Of a DNA stretch of 64,000 nt, positions 12,481 through 25,688 are shown in pieces. Position 1 is the first letter of the stretch. Every line of letters begins with the position of its first letter. Under the pieces are notes generated by a model. That model made no database searches. It was not told the DNA's origin and was given only the letters and a program-made list of their open reading frames with translations. The position numbers were made by a program, and so were the translations under genes. The stretch is from Squalus acanthias (Eukaryota): the NCBI GenBank assembly GCA_030390025.1, contig CM059432.1, positions 13,144,001-13,208,000 on the forward strand. Reading direction: 5' to 3'.

Positions 12481-14086
12481 AGTTCTGCAGCAGGTATTTA
12501 CTCAGGTTCAATGGTGTCAGTCAACACTTTGGTGCTAGCTGTCTCCCAAATTCCTACATTACAACAGTGACTACACTTCATTAAGTACTTCATTGGCTGT
12601 AAAGCGCTTTGGGACGTCCGGTTGTGTGAAAGACGCTATATAAATGTAAGTCTTTTTTTTTCCAAATGACCATACATTAACCAGAAAGATCACTGCTTGG
12701 GATCTGTGCAGAACAACCTATTCCACCATTAAATTACCTCTCGTGACTATAGATGGCCAACCCAGTGTGGGGCTGTGAGGAAACTATTCCCTTTCAGGCA
12801 AGTTACTGCCCAAAATACCAAAACACACATTGAAACTGCTTATGTCTCAGTCTTTTTCATGGGAAAAAAAATGTCACAGAATCCTAAACTGTGACAGTGC
12901 CACATAAATGACTTATGGAAATTGAGGCAAATGATATTGATTGGAATGGAGTTGCATGGATAGAAAGCAGAGTAGGGATAAATGGATGTTTTTGGGTTGG
13001 AGGGAATCACAAGATAATTACAGATGTGCATAGTCATCTTCATTCATTCAGAAGTATCTTCCAATTCCCCTAAATGTAGCATCTAAATGATTCAAGCGTT
13101 TTTGCATGTGTGTAGAAAAATGTCCTATCAGTCCTAAAATTTCGTTTTAGTAGTTTGAACCAGTGTCCCTTTATTCTAGTCCCACAATTTAAATTAAATT
13201 ATTCCAGGTTTACTTCTTCCATTCCATTAACCATCTTGTACATCTCCAAGATCATTTATTTGACACCATCTTTATAAGCTGAAAAGCTAAAGTTTTTCCA
13301 GTATTTCCTCATAACTCCTTGCATTAGCGATCAGCCTCATAGTTCCTCTTTGTTTCTTGGCAAACAGAAATGGTAGTCTGACCGGAACCTGAAATGGTTT
13401 GATCACTACCTCCTCTGATTTATATTCTACTGTCATGGCTGTGTAGTTCAGAATTCTATTGCTCTGCATTACAACAACTACTACTTGCATTGATATAGCA
13501 CCTTTAACGGAATAAAACGTCCCAATGCGCTTAGGTTTAGCATCAAGTCTGCTAAGCCTCCTAGGTTTAAGATTCATAATAAACTACCTCAACACCATTC
13601 ATATACATGTCAGCTATAGTTGAAACTATGCAGAACAAGCAAAAATGGTCTTTCAAAAGTCTTGATTATTTTGGAAGCCTCTGTTCAAACCCTGTGCCCC
13701 AAGCCTTCTGTTCAGGAGGGTGGGGGGAGGAAAACAGTATTTTGAGTATTTCTAAATAGCTATTACCTCTGATACCTGCCATCATTCTGTTGAATCTTCA
13801 CTGTATTCTTTCCAAAGACTAATACCCTTCCTATAAAAGTGGGTGGCTAGAAAGACGGTACCCAGCTTAACCTTGTATTTGTTAATGATCCAGAGAAAGT
13901 CGTAGCATCCCTCAGGGCAGGAACTACAGATCCAGGAGTCTCAAATATCCCAAGACCAGGAGCCAGGTATATAACTTTTTTAAAAAGGGCTTAGTTCAAT
14001 TAAATGATAGAACAACTAAAGTAAATGATTGGTGGATGTTGTTCAGTGACACTTCAGTAGACAAGTGGAATACCTTTAAAGGTTTA

Positions 14087-14972
14087 GGGGGAGAAATTCA
14101 GTATCGCCCCATTTGGGGCGCAATTATCGGCCGGGCGCAAAGATTAGCGCCTGGCGCTAATTATCACCACCGACTGCAAACTTGACTTTTATCGCCCATG
14201 GAGGTGATTGGAGCGCTAAATCAGGCGCCTCACACCTGTCTTAAGGCGCAAAGGCCGAGGCGCTACCTCAGAGCGCTGGCGAAACTCATGTGATGTCAGT
14301 CAGCAATGGAACACACACACAATGGCACGGGCCAGTTCTTAAAGGGGATGGTTAATCTTGCTTTCCATCCACATCCTGCTCATTGCAGCCTTGAATCTCG
14401 GCCTGGAGAGACCTGCACATCAAATGTGCTGGAAAGAACAATGGAGAGTACCAGGCAAAGAGCTCAGAGTGCAGCCCCCACAGTCTCTGCTAAATCGATA
14501 CAAGGAATGGCAAATCAAAATGAACCTGCAAAGTGCTGCTCAGTACCCAAAACTCCTTCACACAACGTTGAATCTCTCCAGAAGTCTCTCCCTCTCTCTC
14601 TCAGAATGCGTAGTTCAAAAATGGCACCGACAATAAAAGGCAGGAAGCGGTCACCTTTAAATAGCGCTCCCCCTTTCCCTACATGACTGCAGAACGCTCC
14701 CCTCAACCTGTCGTTGCTAGCGTCAGGCGGTAAGGCAGAGGGCGCCACTGAATATCCGCTCCGGGGCGATACCGGGGCGTTGCGCACTCGAGTGACGTCA
14801 CGATCTGCCGGCGCAGGAGATCGTGGCGGTAGTGTTTAGCGCCGCCGCAAAATGTCTAGTTAATTTCGCGAGCGGTGCAAACTTCACCGCGCCTGGGCGC
14901 CAGATGCTTTGCGCCCCATTAGCGCCCTCTTAAGGCGCTAACGGGAGGCGCGACCAACTGAATTTTTTCCCC
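14087..14972 (+). mobile_element. Non-autonomous PIF/Harbinger-type DNA transposon, copy 1
   Basis: TIRs GGGGGAGAAATTCAG and CTGAATTTTTTCCCC, 3-bp TSD TTA, CpG-rich subterminal palindromes (TTAGCGCCTGGCGCTAA). Confidence 0.85.
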
Positions 14973-16377
14973 TTAATGTTTATTAGTATGCAGGCCAAAT
15001 GCGTGCTGAAAATGAGCAAACTCAGACTAAAGAAATATGACCTTAAATGGATGAACAAACAAATGAAAAGTGATAGTAAGAGGAAAATAACCTCTACAAA
15101 TCCTGCAAAGAGGAAAGGGAAGAAATTCGCTGGGATGAATACATGAAAATGCAGAAACATGTTTAAAGGGTTGTGAGGGGCAGCAAAAGAGACCTAGGAA
15201 AAATCAAATCAGCTGTGGATAAACATAACTGCAGTACTACAAGTGTAAGGGCAGTCAGAGAAGAGATGAAAACCATCAAGTGCTAACAGGCTTAAAACTC
15301 AGGATCAGCACAAAATAATAAATATTGTGAATGATCATTTGCCTGCAGTATTCACAAGGGAAGAACTCAACCAAAAAAACTCTTTCATAATGAGATTGAT
15401 CATCTGTAGCCATTAGACACATTGAGGGCAAGAGCTGGCTTTAGGAAAATGAAAGCAAGTTAAAGAACTCCTAGAAAAGGAGAGAAAAATAAGAGAAACA
15501 CACACGAGAGAGAGAGAACTAACATATGAAGTTGCATTTATATAGCACCTTCCACGACTCAGGACATCCCAAAGTACTTCAGTGCCAAGAAAGTACTTTT
15601 GAAGTGTCACTGTTGCAATGTAATCAAACAATACTACTGTAGCAGTCACTTTGGGGGAACCGTGTTAAACACAATTGCAATCTGTACTTCCCAAAAAATT
15701 TATTACACACCATGTTGCAGAACACAATTACGTGGATGTTAACTTTATTATGAGCATACCTAGGCAAGTTAACTGTGTCTCTCTGACATGTGCACATTAA
15801 AGCAGCACCCCACCCACAGAGGGTGCATGACTGCCACACATATCTTGGTGTAGCTTTGCAAATCCTCATGCAAGATTAGCTTTTACTCACCCAACTGGAA
15901 TGCTGGGTTTTGGATTTCCTGAGAATAAGCACATGACTTTATGGCCAATCCCAAGAGGATTTATGTAACTGTCATCTATCATCAAGACTGTATCCGTGTA
16001 TGCCGAGTTGGAGAAATCTCATTAGTCTATGGTAACCACTGTTAAGTATTTATCTAAGTATTTATCATGTGGCTGCAGGTACCAAGGAAATGCAAATGCC
16101 CCAGTAACTGCCCAAGTTTGCCATTTCACACTCAGCCATCCAGCCTCGAGGCCTACCCCCTACTGTGGCATTAGGTTCCACTCTCCGTGGCTTCCCTGCT
16201 CCATCCTCATGTTCCTCAGCCTTCCTATACCTTCAACGGTCCAACAAATGGAGTGCAACAAAATGTGAGAAAAAGGAAAGAGATACAAAGATAACAAAAG
16301 TATGTGGGAGCTCGAGGAAGAATGAAAGACAGAGACAGAAAGAATTAGGGTGTGGGAGATAAGCAGAGAGTTCAGAA

Positions 16378-17204
16378 GGGGGAGAAATTCGTTATCGCCC
16401 CATTTGGGGCGCAATTATCGGCCGGGCGCAAAGTTTAGCGCCTGGCGCTAATTATCACCTCCGACTGCAAACTTGGCTTCTATCTCCCCTGGGGACGATT
16501 GGAGCGCTAAATCAAGCGCAACGCACCTCTCAAGGCGCTAACGCTGATGAGCGAGGCACTACCTCAGAGCGCTGGCGAACCTCATGTGATGTCAGTCAGC
16601 AATGGAACAGAGACACACTGGCGCCGGCCTAGTTCGTAAAGGGGAGGGCCGATCTTGCTCTCCACCCTGCTCATTGCAGCCTTGAATCTCGGCCTGGAGA
16701 GACCTGTACATCAATTCTGCTGGAAAGAACAATGGAGACACCCAGGGAAAGAGCTCAGAGTGCAGCCCCCATAGTCTCTTTTAAATCGATGCAAGGAAGG
16801 TCAAATCAAAATGAACCTGCAAAGTGCTGCTCAGTACCCAAAACTCCTTCACACAGCGTTGAATCTCTCCAGAAGTGTCTCTCTCTCAGAATGTGTGGTG
16901 CAAAAATGTCGCCGACAAAAAAAGGCAGAAAGCGGTCGCCTTTAAATAGCACTCCCCCAGTCCCTTCCCAACTGCAAAACGCTCCCCTCAACCTGTCGTT
17001 GCTAGCGGCAGGCAACGCCACTCAATATCCGGTCTAGGGCGCTACACGCTCAACTGACGTCATGATCTGCGGGCGCAGGAGATTGTGGCGGTAGTATTTA
17101 GCACCGCCGCAAAATGTCTGGTCAATTTCGCGAGCGGCGCAAACATCGCCGCGCCCCCTCTTAGGGCACTAACGGGAGGCGCAAAGCAACCGAATTTTTC
17201 CCCC
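16378..17204 (+). mobile_element. Non-autonomous PIF/Harbinger-type DNA transposon, copy 2
   Basis: Colinear with copy 1. TIRs GGGGGAGAAATTCG and CGAATTTTTCCCCC, 3-bp TSD GAA. Confidence 0.85.
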
Positions 17205-18114
17205 GAAGTGTTTTATTCATCCAGTGTCACATGAGGTCAACCAATTTACATTAAATAGGCTTGACTGAATATTTGACTTGAATTGTCCATCACAGCACCC
17301 TGAAAATGTCTAGCACTTAACTTTTCTTAGAGTGGGGGGAAAAAAAAGGACTTCAAGCTGGATGATGTGGAAACAGTTCATCAATAACATGCAATTCTAA
17401 CAAGAGGTAACCTGTAAAGCCAAATTTTCCATTCCAAAAGGAATCTTTAGTCAGGTTGTCATCTAGTTGATTTTAACGGATGGTCAAACTAATTGCTAAT
17501 TTCAGTTCTCGATCAGAGAGAAAAAGGTTTTAATACTGTTGGAGTGATATGATTTACATAGGATTACATAGGATATACAGCACAGAAACAGGCCATTCAT
17601 CCCAAACAGTCCATGCCGGCATTTATGCTCCACACGAGCCTCCTCCAGTCTTTCCTCATCTAACTCTATCAGCATAACCCTCTATTCCCTTTTCCCTCAT
17701 ATGCTTGTCTAGCCTCCCCTTAAATGCATCAAATTTAATTTCACATTTCAAAATCTACAGAGCCCCCAAATTCATTAAGGAGAAGAAGAAAAATGAAGAT
17801 AAGATTTGTCTGTTTGGGATTGGATAGATCAGAGTTTACTTGTAAACTGAGTCATGAATTATGAGCCCACGTTTATTCTTCAATTAGTATACAGGAGCAC
17901 CTACATTGCCTGGTGTTCTACAAAGGAATTAATTTTAGATTTTCCTCCGCCAATGCCAAATGCAGACATTATTTTTGTTGACTTCCCTTTTTGACAGCAT
18001 ATTAAATAGAGGTAGCCATTCGCTAAGTAATTTGCAATTGTCCTTTAACAAAAGGCAAAAGTTGAACAATAATTGATAAAACAAACATTAATTCCTAGGA
18101 AAGAATTCTCATGT

Positions 18115-20170
18115 GACTATAGGAACATAGAAACAGGAGTAGGCCATTCAGGCCCTCGAGCCTGTTCCACCATTCAAATAGACCATGGCTGATCAATAAC
18201 TTAACTCCACCTACCTGCCTTGGTTCCGTAACCCTTAATACCCTTGCCTAACAAAAATCTAGCAATCTCAGTTTTGAAATTTTCAATTGACCCCCCCAGC
18301 CTAAACAGCATTTTGGGGGAAGAGTGTTCCAGATTCCCCTTTGTGTGAAGATGTGCTTTCTGACATTCACCCCTGAACAGCCTAGCTCTAATTTTATGGT
18401 TATGCCCCTTTGTTCTGGACTCCCCCACCAGAGGAAATAGTTTTTCTCTATCTGCCCCATCAACTCCTGGGATCATCTTAAACATTTCAATTACATCACC
18501 CCTAAATCTATATTGAAGGGAATACAAGCCGACTCTTTGAAACCGGTCTTCATAATTTAACCATTTTAGCCAGGGTACCATTCTGGTGAATCTGCGCTGC
18601 ACCTTATACCCTTCCTGAGGTGCAGTGCCCAGAACTGAATGCAGTGTTCCGGATGGGGTCTAACCAAAGCTCTGTACAGCTGTAACATAACTTCCACCCT
18701 ATGTATTCCAGCCCTTTCTAAAATTCATTCACAGGATATGGGCATCGCTGGCAAAATGCTGTTTAGGCTGGGGCAAGGCCAGCATTTATTACCCACCCCT
18801 CATTGCCCTTAACGGAGTGGCTTGCTAGGCCATTTCAGAGGGCTGTGGGTCTGGAGTCATATATAGGCCAGACAAGGACGGCAGATTTCCTTCCCTAAAG
18901 GACATTAGTGAACCAGACGAGTTTTTACGACAATCCAATAGTTACATACTAGCTTTTTATTCCAGATTTATTAATTAACTGAATTTAAATTCCCCAGCTG
19001 CCGTGGTGGGATTTGAACTCACGTCTTCAGATCATTAGTCCAGGCCTCTGGATCACTAGTCCAGTAACATTACCATTATGCTACCGTTCCCTTAAAGATT
19101 AAGGCATCTTGAGATAAAGGCCAACATTTCATTAGCCTTAATTTTTTTTTTGTACTTGTCCAGTAGCTTTTAGTGATTCCTGTACTTGGAGCCCTAAATC
19201 TCTGCTCATCCGCAGTTCCTAGCATCACACCATTTAGAAAATACTTTATCTCCCTTAGATCCAAGTGGATGGTCACAGTTTTGCCCATTCATTTCATCTA
19301 TAATGTCCATTTGCAACTTTCTGCTCCCATTGTGCCTCCTAACTTTGTGTTGTCAGCGAACTTAGATACACGGCTATCTACTCCTTCATCTAAGTCATTG
19401 ATATAGTGAAAAGCTGAGGCCCTGGTACAGATCACTGAGGGACACCACAAGTCACATCCCACCAATTTAAGTACATACCCATTATCCCTACTCTCTGTCT
19501 CCTACCTCCTAACCAATTTCCTATCCAAGCCAATATGCTGCCTCCAATTCTATGTTGCCTCATTTTTGTTAACAGTCTCTTATATGGACTTTGCTGAATG
19601 CTTTCTCGAAGTCCATACAAATAACATCCATAGACACTCCCTTATCTACCACATTTGTTAACTACTCAAAAAATTCAACTAGGTTCATTAGGCACGACTT
19701 ATCCGCTACAAATCCATGCTGGCTCTCTGATCAGCTCATATTTATCCAAATGCTTAATCGCTCTGTCCCTAATAACAGATCCTATTAACTTCCCCACAAC
19801 TGATTAGACTAATAGGCCTATAATTGCCTAGTTTGTGTCTCCTACACTGTTTTTTAAATAATGCAGCGACATTGGCATTTTTCCAGTCCAAGGGGACAAT
19901 GCCTGAATCGAGTGTTTGGGAAGATCATGACTAACACGTCAACAACTTGCTCACCTACTTCTTTTAATACCCTGGAAATCGATCTATCTTTAATCCCATT
20001 AGTTTGTTCACCAATATTTTTTTTTTATTTGCATCAAATATAGTTAGTTACTCTCCTTGATTTATTTTTAGTTTTCCTTGCACCTCTGGTGCTTTATCCT
20101 CATCCTCCACTGTGAAGACCAATACAAAGTAGCTATTTAGCAAGTCTGCCATTTCCTGATTTCCAATTAC
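18115..20170 (-). mobile_element. Degenerate CR1 LINE interrupted by a SINE
   Basis: QRRFTRMVP ORF at 18201-18602, RT remnants at 19100-19900, CR1 3' hairpin and tail at ~18120-18190. Confidence 0.88.
18716..19091 (-). mobile_element. tRNA-derived SINE sharing its head and tail with the LINE at 21722-24759
   Basis: A box TAGCATAATGG, B box GAGTTCAAATCCC, tail AAGGGCAAT...AATAAATGCTGGCCTTGCC. Confidence 0.85.
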
Positions 20171-20397
20171 AATATTAAAACCACAAATATTTACAGCACT
20201 CAGTTTCCACGTAGACCTCAATTCAAATCATGGTGGAAGTACTAGTCCAACAAATGCATTTAATATTTATTCACTTTAATAACTTGGACAATTAGATGCA
20301 TTTGTCCATATTAATTCCCTGACCACTTAACACCATTATTAAACGTAGTAGATTAAAAAGTGGTCTAACTGGCACCATCAGGCCCAGAAGGACTTGG

Positions 20398-20498
20398 AAT
20401 AAAAACAGAAAATGCTGGAGATACTCAGCAGGTCAGGCAGCATCTGTGAAGAGAGAAACAGAGTTAACGTTTCAGGTCGATGACCTTTCGTTAGAACT
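20398..20498 (-). mobile_element. 101-bp Penelope-terminal fragment with hammerhead-like fold and 13-bp TSD
   Basis: Flanked by CAGAAGGACTTGG at 20385-20397 and 20499-20511. Sequence matches the Penelope 3' segment at ~43070-43165. Confidence 0.8.
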
Positions 20499-20945
20499 CA
20501 GAAGGACTTGGGTTCGATCCCACATGTACGGAGATAACTAATTTCGGTCAGGGTGGCAAGGTGCTAGAATTGGTTCCAGCACCTCTGGACTAGGAAGGGG
20601 AAAAAAGTCAGCTTAAGTTCCTGCTCCTGGTTGCTATTCAGTGAGTCCTGCTGGAAAATGCACATGTGGATAAACACAGGATTCAGATTGTCTGTAATGC
20701 ACCTCATGGTAAAATACCATGCTAAGAGTGACTATCTAGACCCACATGCAAAATGAAAAAGTGACGTGGATAACAATCCAGAGGGTGACCAGTGCCTGGG
20801 GAATATGCCTTAGCAGGAGTCCCAGGACAGAAAGTAAGAAAACTGGAAGGCAAAAAATGTTCTAACAAGAGAATGTTGGACCAATGCTAAAAGTTTGATC
20901 CTTAAGTTTAATATTTCAAAAAAAAAAATCATGATGCAACTTATT

Positions 20946-21647
20946 GGCCCGGATTTTGCAGTGCTAGCCGTTCATTGCACTTGCCCAGACTTCAGTACGG
21001 GCTTTTGCACGGCGACTTGCGGTTATTGGAAATCCGAAACAGCGCGGCACCCTCTAGGACCTGTGTGAACAGGGCAAGCAACGGTGTATCCTTAACCAAT
21101 CAGAATGAAGAATCCTTACTGAGCCAGGCAGAGACTAAACCAGGAAGTGCGAATTAAAATATTTAATACAATGTAAAATCATGTACAGAAAGTAAAATAA
21201 AGGGGGGAAAAAGATTGGATTGAGATAGAGAGAAGAGACACAGAAACAAAGTTTAAAAAAAAGTAAATCTCCTACAATAATTAAAATCTGAAAGAATGAG
21301 GCTTCACGCTTTTAGAAGAAAATGTTCAGTGCCAGAGGGGTTGTTTGGCAGTAATTAAGACTTATCACACTGTTAAAAATTAATTTACACCTGAATGAAT
21401 CAGCCCCAACTTTTTCTGGTGTGTTTAGTGGATACCTAGTGGTTAAGTACCAGAAATTGACGCCCTTTCATGTATGTGAGTGCTGAGTCTCAAGGCAAGA
21501 TACTGTTATCGCGCAGATTCTAGAGGAGCAGGGCAACTCAGACAGCAACTTCCTGACTTTAGTGTTTAACTGCGCATGTACGACTGCCGGAAGTTGTCCA
21601 ATTTGCTCTAATAGCCTCAACGTTATTTTTACCGCAAAATCAAGACC
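20946..21647. mobile_element. Old non-autonomous DNA transposon (GGCC-ended TIRs, Harbinger-like)
   Basis: GGCCCGGATTTTGC ... GCAAAATCAAGACC. A related copy in opposite orientation lies at ~52876-53520. Confidence 0.65.
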
Positions 21648-21721
21648 AGTAAATCTCCCCATTGCCAGACAGAGTCATTGCTGCATTTTTGGGTCCCTGC
21701 ACAAATCAGAATCCAACATAA

Positions 21722-24700
21722 CTTTTCTTTTTATTCGTTTCTGGGATGTGGGCGTTGCTGGCAAGGCCAGCATTTATTGCCCTCGAGAAGGTGGTGGTGA
21801 GCCGCTTTCTTGAACTGCTGCAGTCCGTGTGGTGAAGGTACTCCCACAGTGTTCTTAGGGAGGGAGTTCCAGGATTTTGACCCAGCGACGATGAAGGAAC
21901 GGCGATATACATCCAAGTCAGGATGGTGTGTGACTTGGAGGAGAACTTGGAGGTGGTGGTGTTCCCATGCGCCTGCTGCCCTTGTCCTTCTAGGTGGTAG
22001 AGGTCGCGGGTTTGGGAGGTGCTGCTGAAGAAGCCCTGGCGAGTTGCTGCAGTGCATCTTGGAGATGATGCACACTGCAGCCACGGTACGCCGGTGGTGG
22101 AGGGAGTGAATGTTTCAAGTTGGGGATGGGGTGCCAATCAAACGGGCTGCTTTGTCTTGGAATGGAGTCAAGCTTCTTCAGTGTTGTTGGAGCTGCACTC
22201 ATCCAGGCAAGTGAAGAGTTTTCCATCACACTCCTGACTCGTGTCTTGTAGATGGTGGAAAGGCTTTGGGGAGTCAGGAGGCGAGACATTCGCCGCAGAA
22301 TACCCAGACTCTCACCTGCTCTTGTTGCCACAGTATTTATGTGGCAGTTCCAGTTAAGTTTCTGGTCAATGGTGACCCCCCCCCCCCCAGGATATTGATG
22401 GTGGGGGATTCAGCGATGGTAATGTCGTTGAATGTCAAAGGGCAGTGGTTAGACACTCGCTTGTTAGAGATAGTCATTGCCTGGCACTTCTGTGGCGCAA
22501 ATGTTACCTGCCACTTATCAGTCCAGGTCTTGCTGCATGTGGGCATGGATTGCTTCATTATCTGAGGAGTTGCAAATGGCACTGAACACTGTGCAGTCAT
22601 CAGCGAACATCCCCATTTCTGACCTTATGATAGAGGGAAGGTCATTGATGAAGCAGCTGAAAATTGTTGGGCCTAGGACACTACCCTGAGGAACTCTTGC
22701 AGCAATGTCCTGGGGCTGCGATGATTGACCTCCAACCACCACAACCATCTTCCTTTGTGCTAGGTATGATTCCAGACAGTGGAGCGTTTTCCCCCTGATT
22801 CCCATTGACTTCAGTTTTACGAGGGCTCCTTGATGCCACACTCAGTCAAATGCTGCTTTGATGTCAAGGGCAGTCACTCTCACCTCACCTCTGGAATTCA
22901 GCTCTTTTGTCCATGTTTGGACCAAGGCTGTAATGAGGTCTAGAGCCGAGTGGTCCTGGCAGAACCCAAACTGGGCAACAGTGAGCAGGTTATTGGTGAG
23001 TAAGTGCCGCTTGACAGCACTGTCGATGACACCTTCCATCACTTTGCTGATGAGCGAGAGCAGACTGATGGGGCGGCAATTGGCCGGATTGGATTTGTCC
23101 TGCTTTTTGTGGACAGGACAAACTTGGGCATTTTTCACATTGTCGGACAGATGCCAGTGTTATACCTGTACTGGAACAGCTTGGCTACAGACGCAGGTAG
23201 TTCTGGAGCACAAGTCTTCAGCACGACAGCCGGGATGTTGTTGGGGCCCACAGCCTTTGTTGTATCCAGTGCGCTCAGCTGTTTCTTGATATCACGTGGA
23301 GTGAATCGAATTGGCTGAAGACTGGCTTCTGTGGTGGTGGGGACCTCAGGAGGGTCATCCACTCAGCACTTCTGGCTGAAGATGGTTGTGAACGCTTCAG
23401 CCTTGTTTTGTGCACTCACGTGCTGGGCTCCACCATCATTGAGGATGGGGATATTCATGGATCCTCCCCCACCCATTAGTTGTTTAATGGTCCACCACCA
23501 TTCACGACTGATGTGGCAGGACTGCAGAGCTTTGATCTGATCTGTTGATTGTGGGATTGCTTAGCTCTGTCTACAGCATGCTGCTTCTGCTTTTTAGCAT
23601 GCATGTAGTCCTGAGTTGCAGCTTCCCCAAGTTTTTAAGTACGCCTGGTGCTGCTCCTGGCATGCTCTTCTACACTCCTTATTGAACCAGGGTTGGTCCC
23701 CTGGCTTGATGGTAATGGTAGAGTGAGGGATATGCCAAGCCATGAGGTTACAGATTATGGTGGAATACAATTCTGCTGCTGATGACGACCCACAGGGCCT
23801 CATGGATGCCCAGTTTTGAGCTGCTAGATCTGTTCTGAATCCATCCCATTTAGCACCGTGGTAGTGCCACACAACACGATGGCGGGTGTCCTCAGTGTGA
23901 AGATGGGACTTCGTCTCCACAAACTGGGCAGTGGTCACTGCTACCAATGCTGTCATAGGCAGATGCATCTGCGACAGGTAGATTGGCGAGGACGAGGTCA
24001 AGTAGGTTTTTCCCCTCGTGTTGGTTCTCTCACCACCTGTCGCAGACCCAGACTGACAGCTATGTCCTTCAGGACTCGGCCAGCTCTATCAGCAGTGGTG
24101 CTACCGAGCCACTCTTGGTGATGGACATTGAAGTCCCCCACCCACAGTACATTCCCTGCCCTTGCTACTCTCAGTGCTTCTTCCAAGTGGCGTTCAACAT
24201 AGAGGAGTACCTTCATAGCTGAGGAAGGGCGGTAATCAGCAGGAGGTTTCCTTGTCCGACTGTATACCACTGTGCCGCCACCCCTGGTGGTTCTGTCCTG
24301 CCGGTGGGACAGGGATGGTGATGGAGGAGTTTGGGACATTGGCTGAAAAGCATGATTCTGTGAGTATGACTATGTCGGGCTGCTGCTTGACTAGTCTGTG
24401 GGACAGTTTCCCAATTTTGGCACAAGTCCCCAGATGTTGGTGAGGAGGACTTTGCAGGGTCGACTGGGCTGGGTGTGCCGTTGTCGTGTCCGTAGCCGGT
24501 GCCGACTGAGTGGCTTTCAGAGGGCAGTTAAGAGTCAACCACGTTGCTGTGGGTCACATATAGGCCAGACCTAAAGTACATTAGTGAACCAGATGGGTTT
24601 TTACGACAATCCGATAGTTTCATGGTCACCATTACTGATACTAGCTTTTTATTCCAGATTTATTTATGCCGTGGTGGGATTTGAACTCACGTCTCTGGAT

Positions 24701-24759
24701 CATTAGTCCAGGCCTCTGGATTACTAGTCCAATAACATAACCACTATGCTACCGTTCCC
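21722..24759 (-). mobile_element. Near full-length degenerate single-ORF CR1-group LINE (APE-RT) with tRNA-derived 5' head
   Basis: APE (NIWGLVPK, PDIVILTES, VGDFNVHH), RT ([29 protein letters not shown]), A-rich 3' tail at ~21722-21735. 24505-24759 is a Pol III A/B-box head. Confidence 0.88.
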
Positions 24760-25688
24760 GGACATTAGGACATTTACAAATGCAACAGTAGTTTGCATGT
24801 TTAATGCATGTGATTTGTCTGATGGACTCTCAAATACAAGAGGTCAAATTTGACTTTGATTATGATGCATAAATAAGGTAGGGAAACAAGTACAGATCAC
24901 ATCTGGACTGCTCCACTGTTGAGTTTGTGCACGTTGAACTATTTACTCAGCTAACTGTTAATATTAAAACAAAGATCGAATTGAGCAACCAAGTTGTCAA
25001 GGTAAGTGAACCAATTATCTTCAAACAAAAGGGTGCCAGGAAGAACACTTACTGATAAATACAGACTGCTACTTCATATAAAAATGCTACCAAGTTTAAA
25101 TTTTTAAACTTTTAAAATATGAATATTCCCAGGTACCCCGAGAAAGATTTAACAATGTTCTAGCCCTCAACACTGTGATACAACACAAAACTGTATGGAC
25201 ATCTATTCATTTTATTGGGTAGTTAAGAATTATATAGCCAATGTGTCAACCAAAAAATTGCAACTATCTGGAGTCAAGTTAAAAATATCAAAGTCGAACC
25301 TAGCCAAAAAAAAAGCCAGCTGATGATCCCCAGCACTCTGATTGAAAACCTGTCTGCAAATTTATTAAAAGCCTGATATTTGCTATCTATTTTAGTGCAG
25401 CACCCACTGTACTATTTACAGTTTAACTGAACAGTCATAGGATCAGAATCATACATTTATTTATGAACACTACCACACTCAGCATTGCAGATGAGAATCT
25501 CAAATTACAAGCAGACATTTGGATGCACATAGTTTTAACAAATGTAGTCAATGTATTTTACACTCAAGAGCACCACAATTTTCAACTAATCCTAATAAGA
25601 AAAAAATGTTTTTAGTAGCCTGTTTGTTAAAAATAATCAATTGCTTTTACATTTGTGAAAGGCTATGCGATTTGGTCATCATTCTTAC

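Noticed and set aside
1..25688. VAPA exon 3 (expected [21 protein letters not shown])
   Set aside because: Not found by eye or in the ORF track. Probably outside the window, though a short exon could have been missed.
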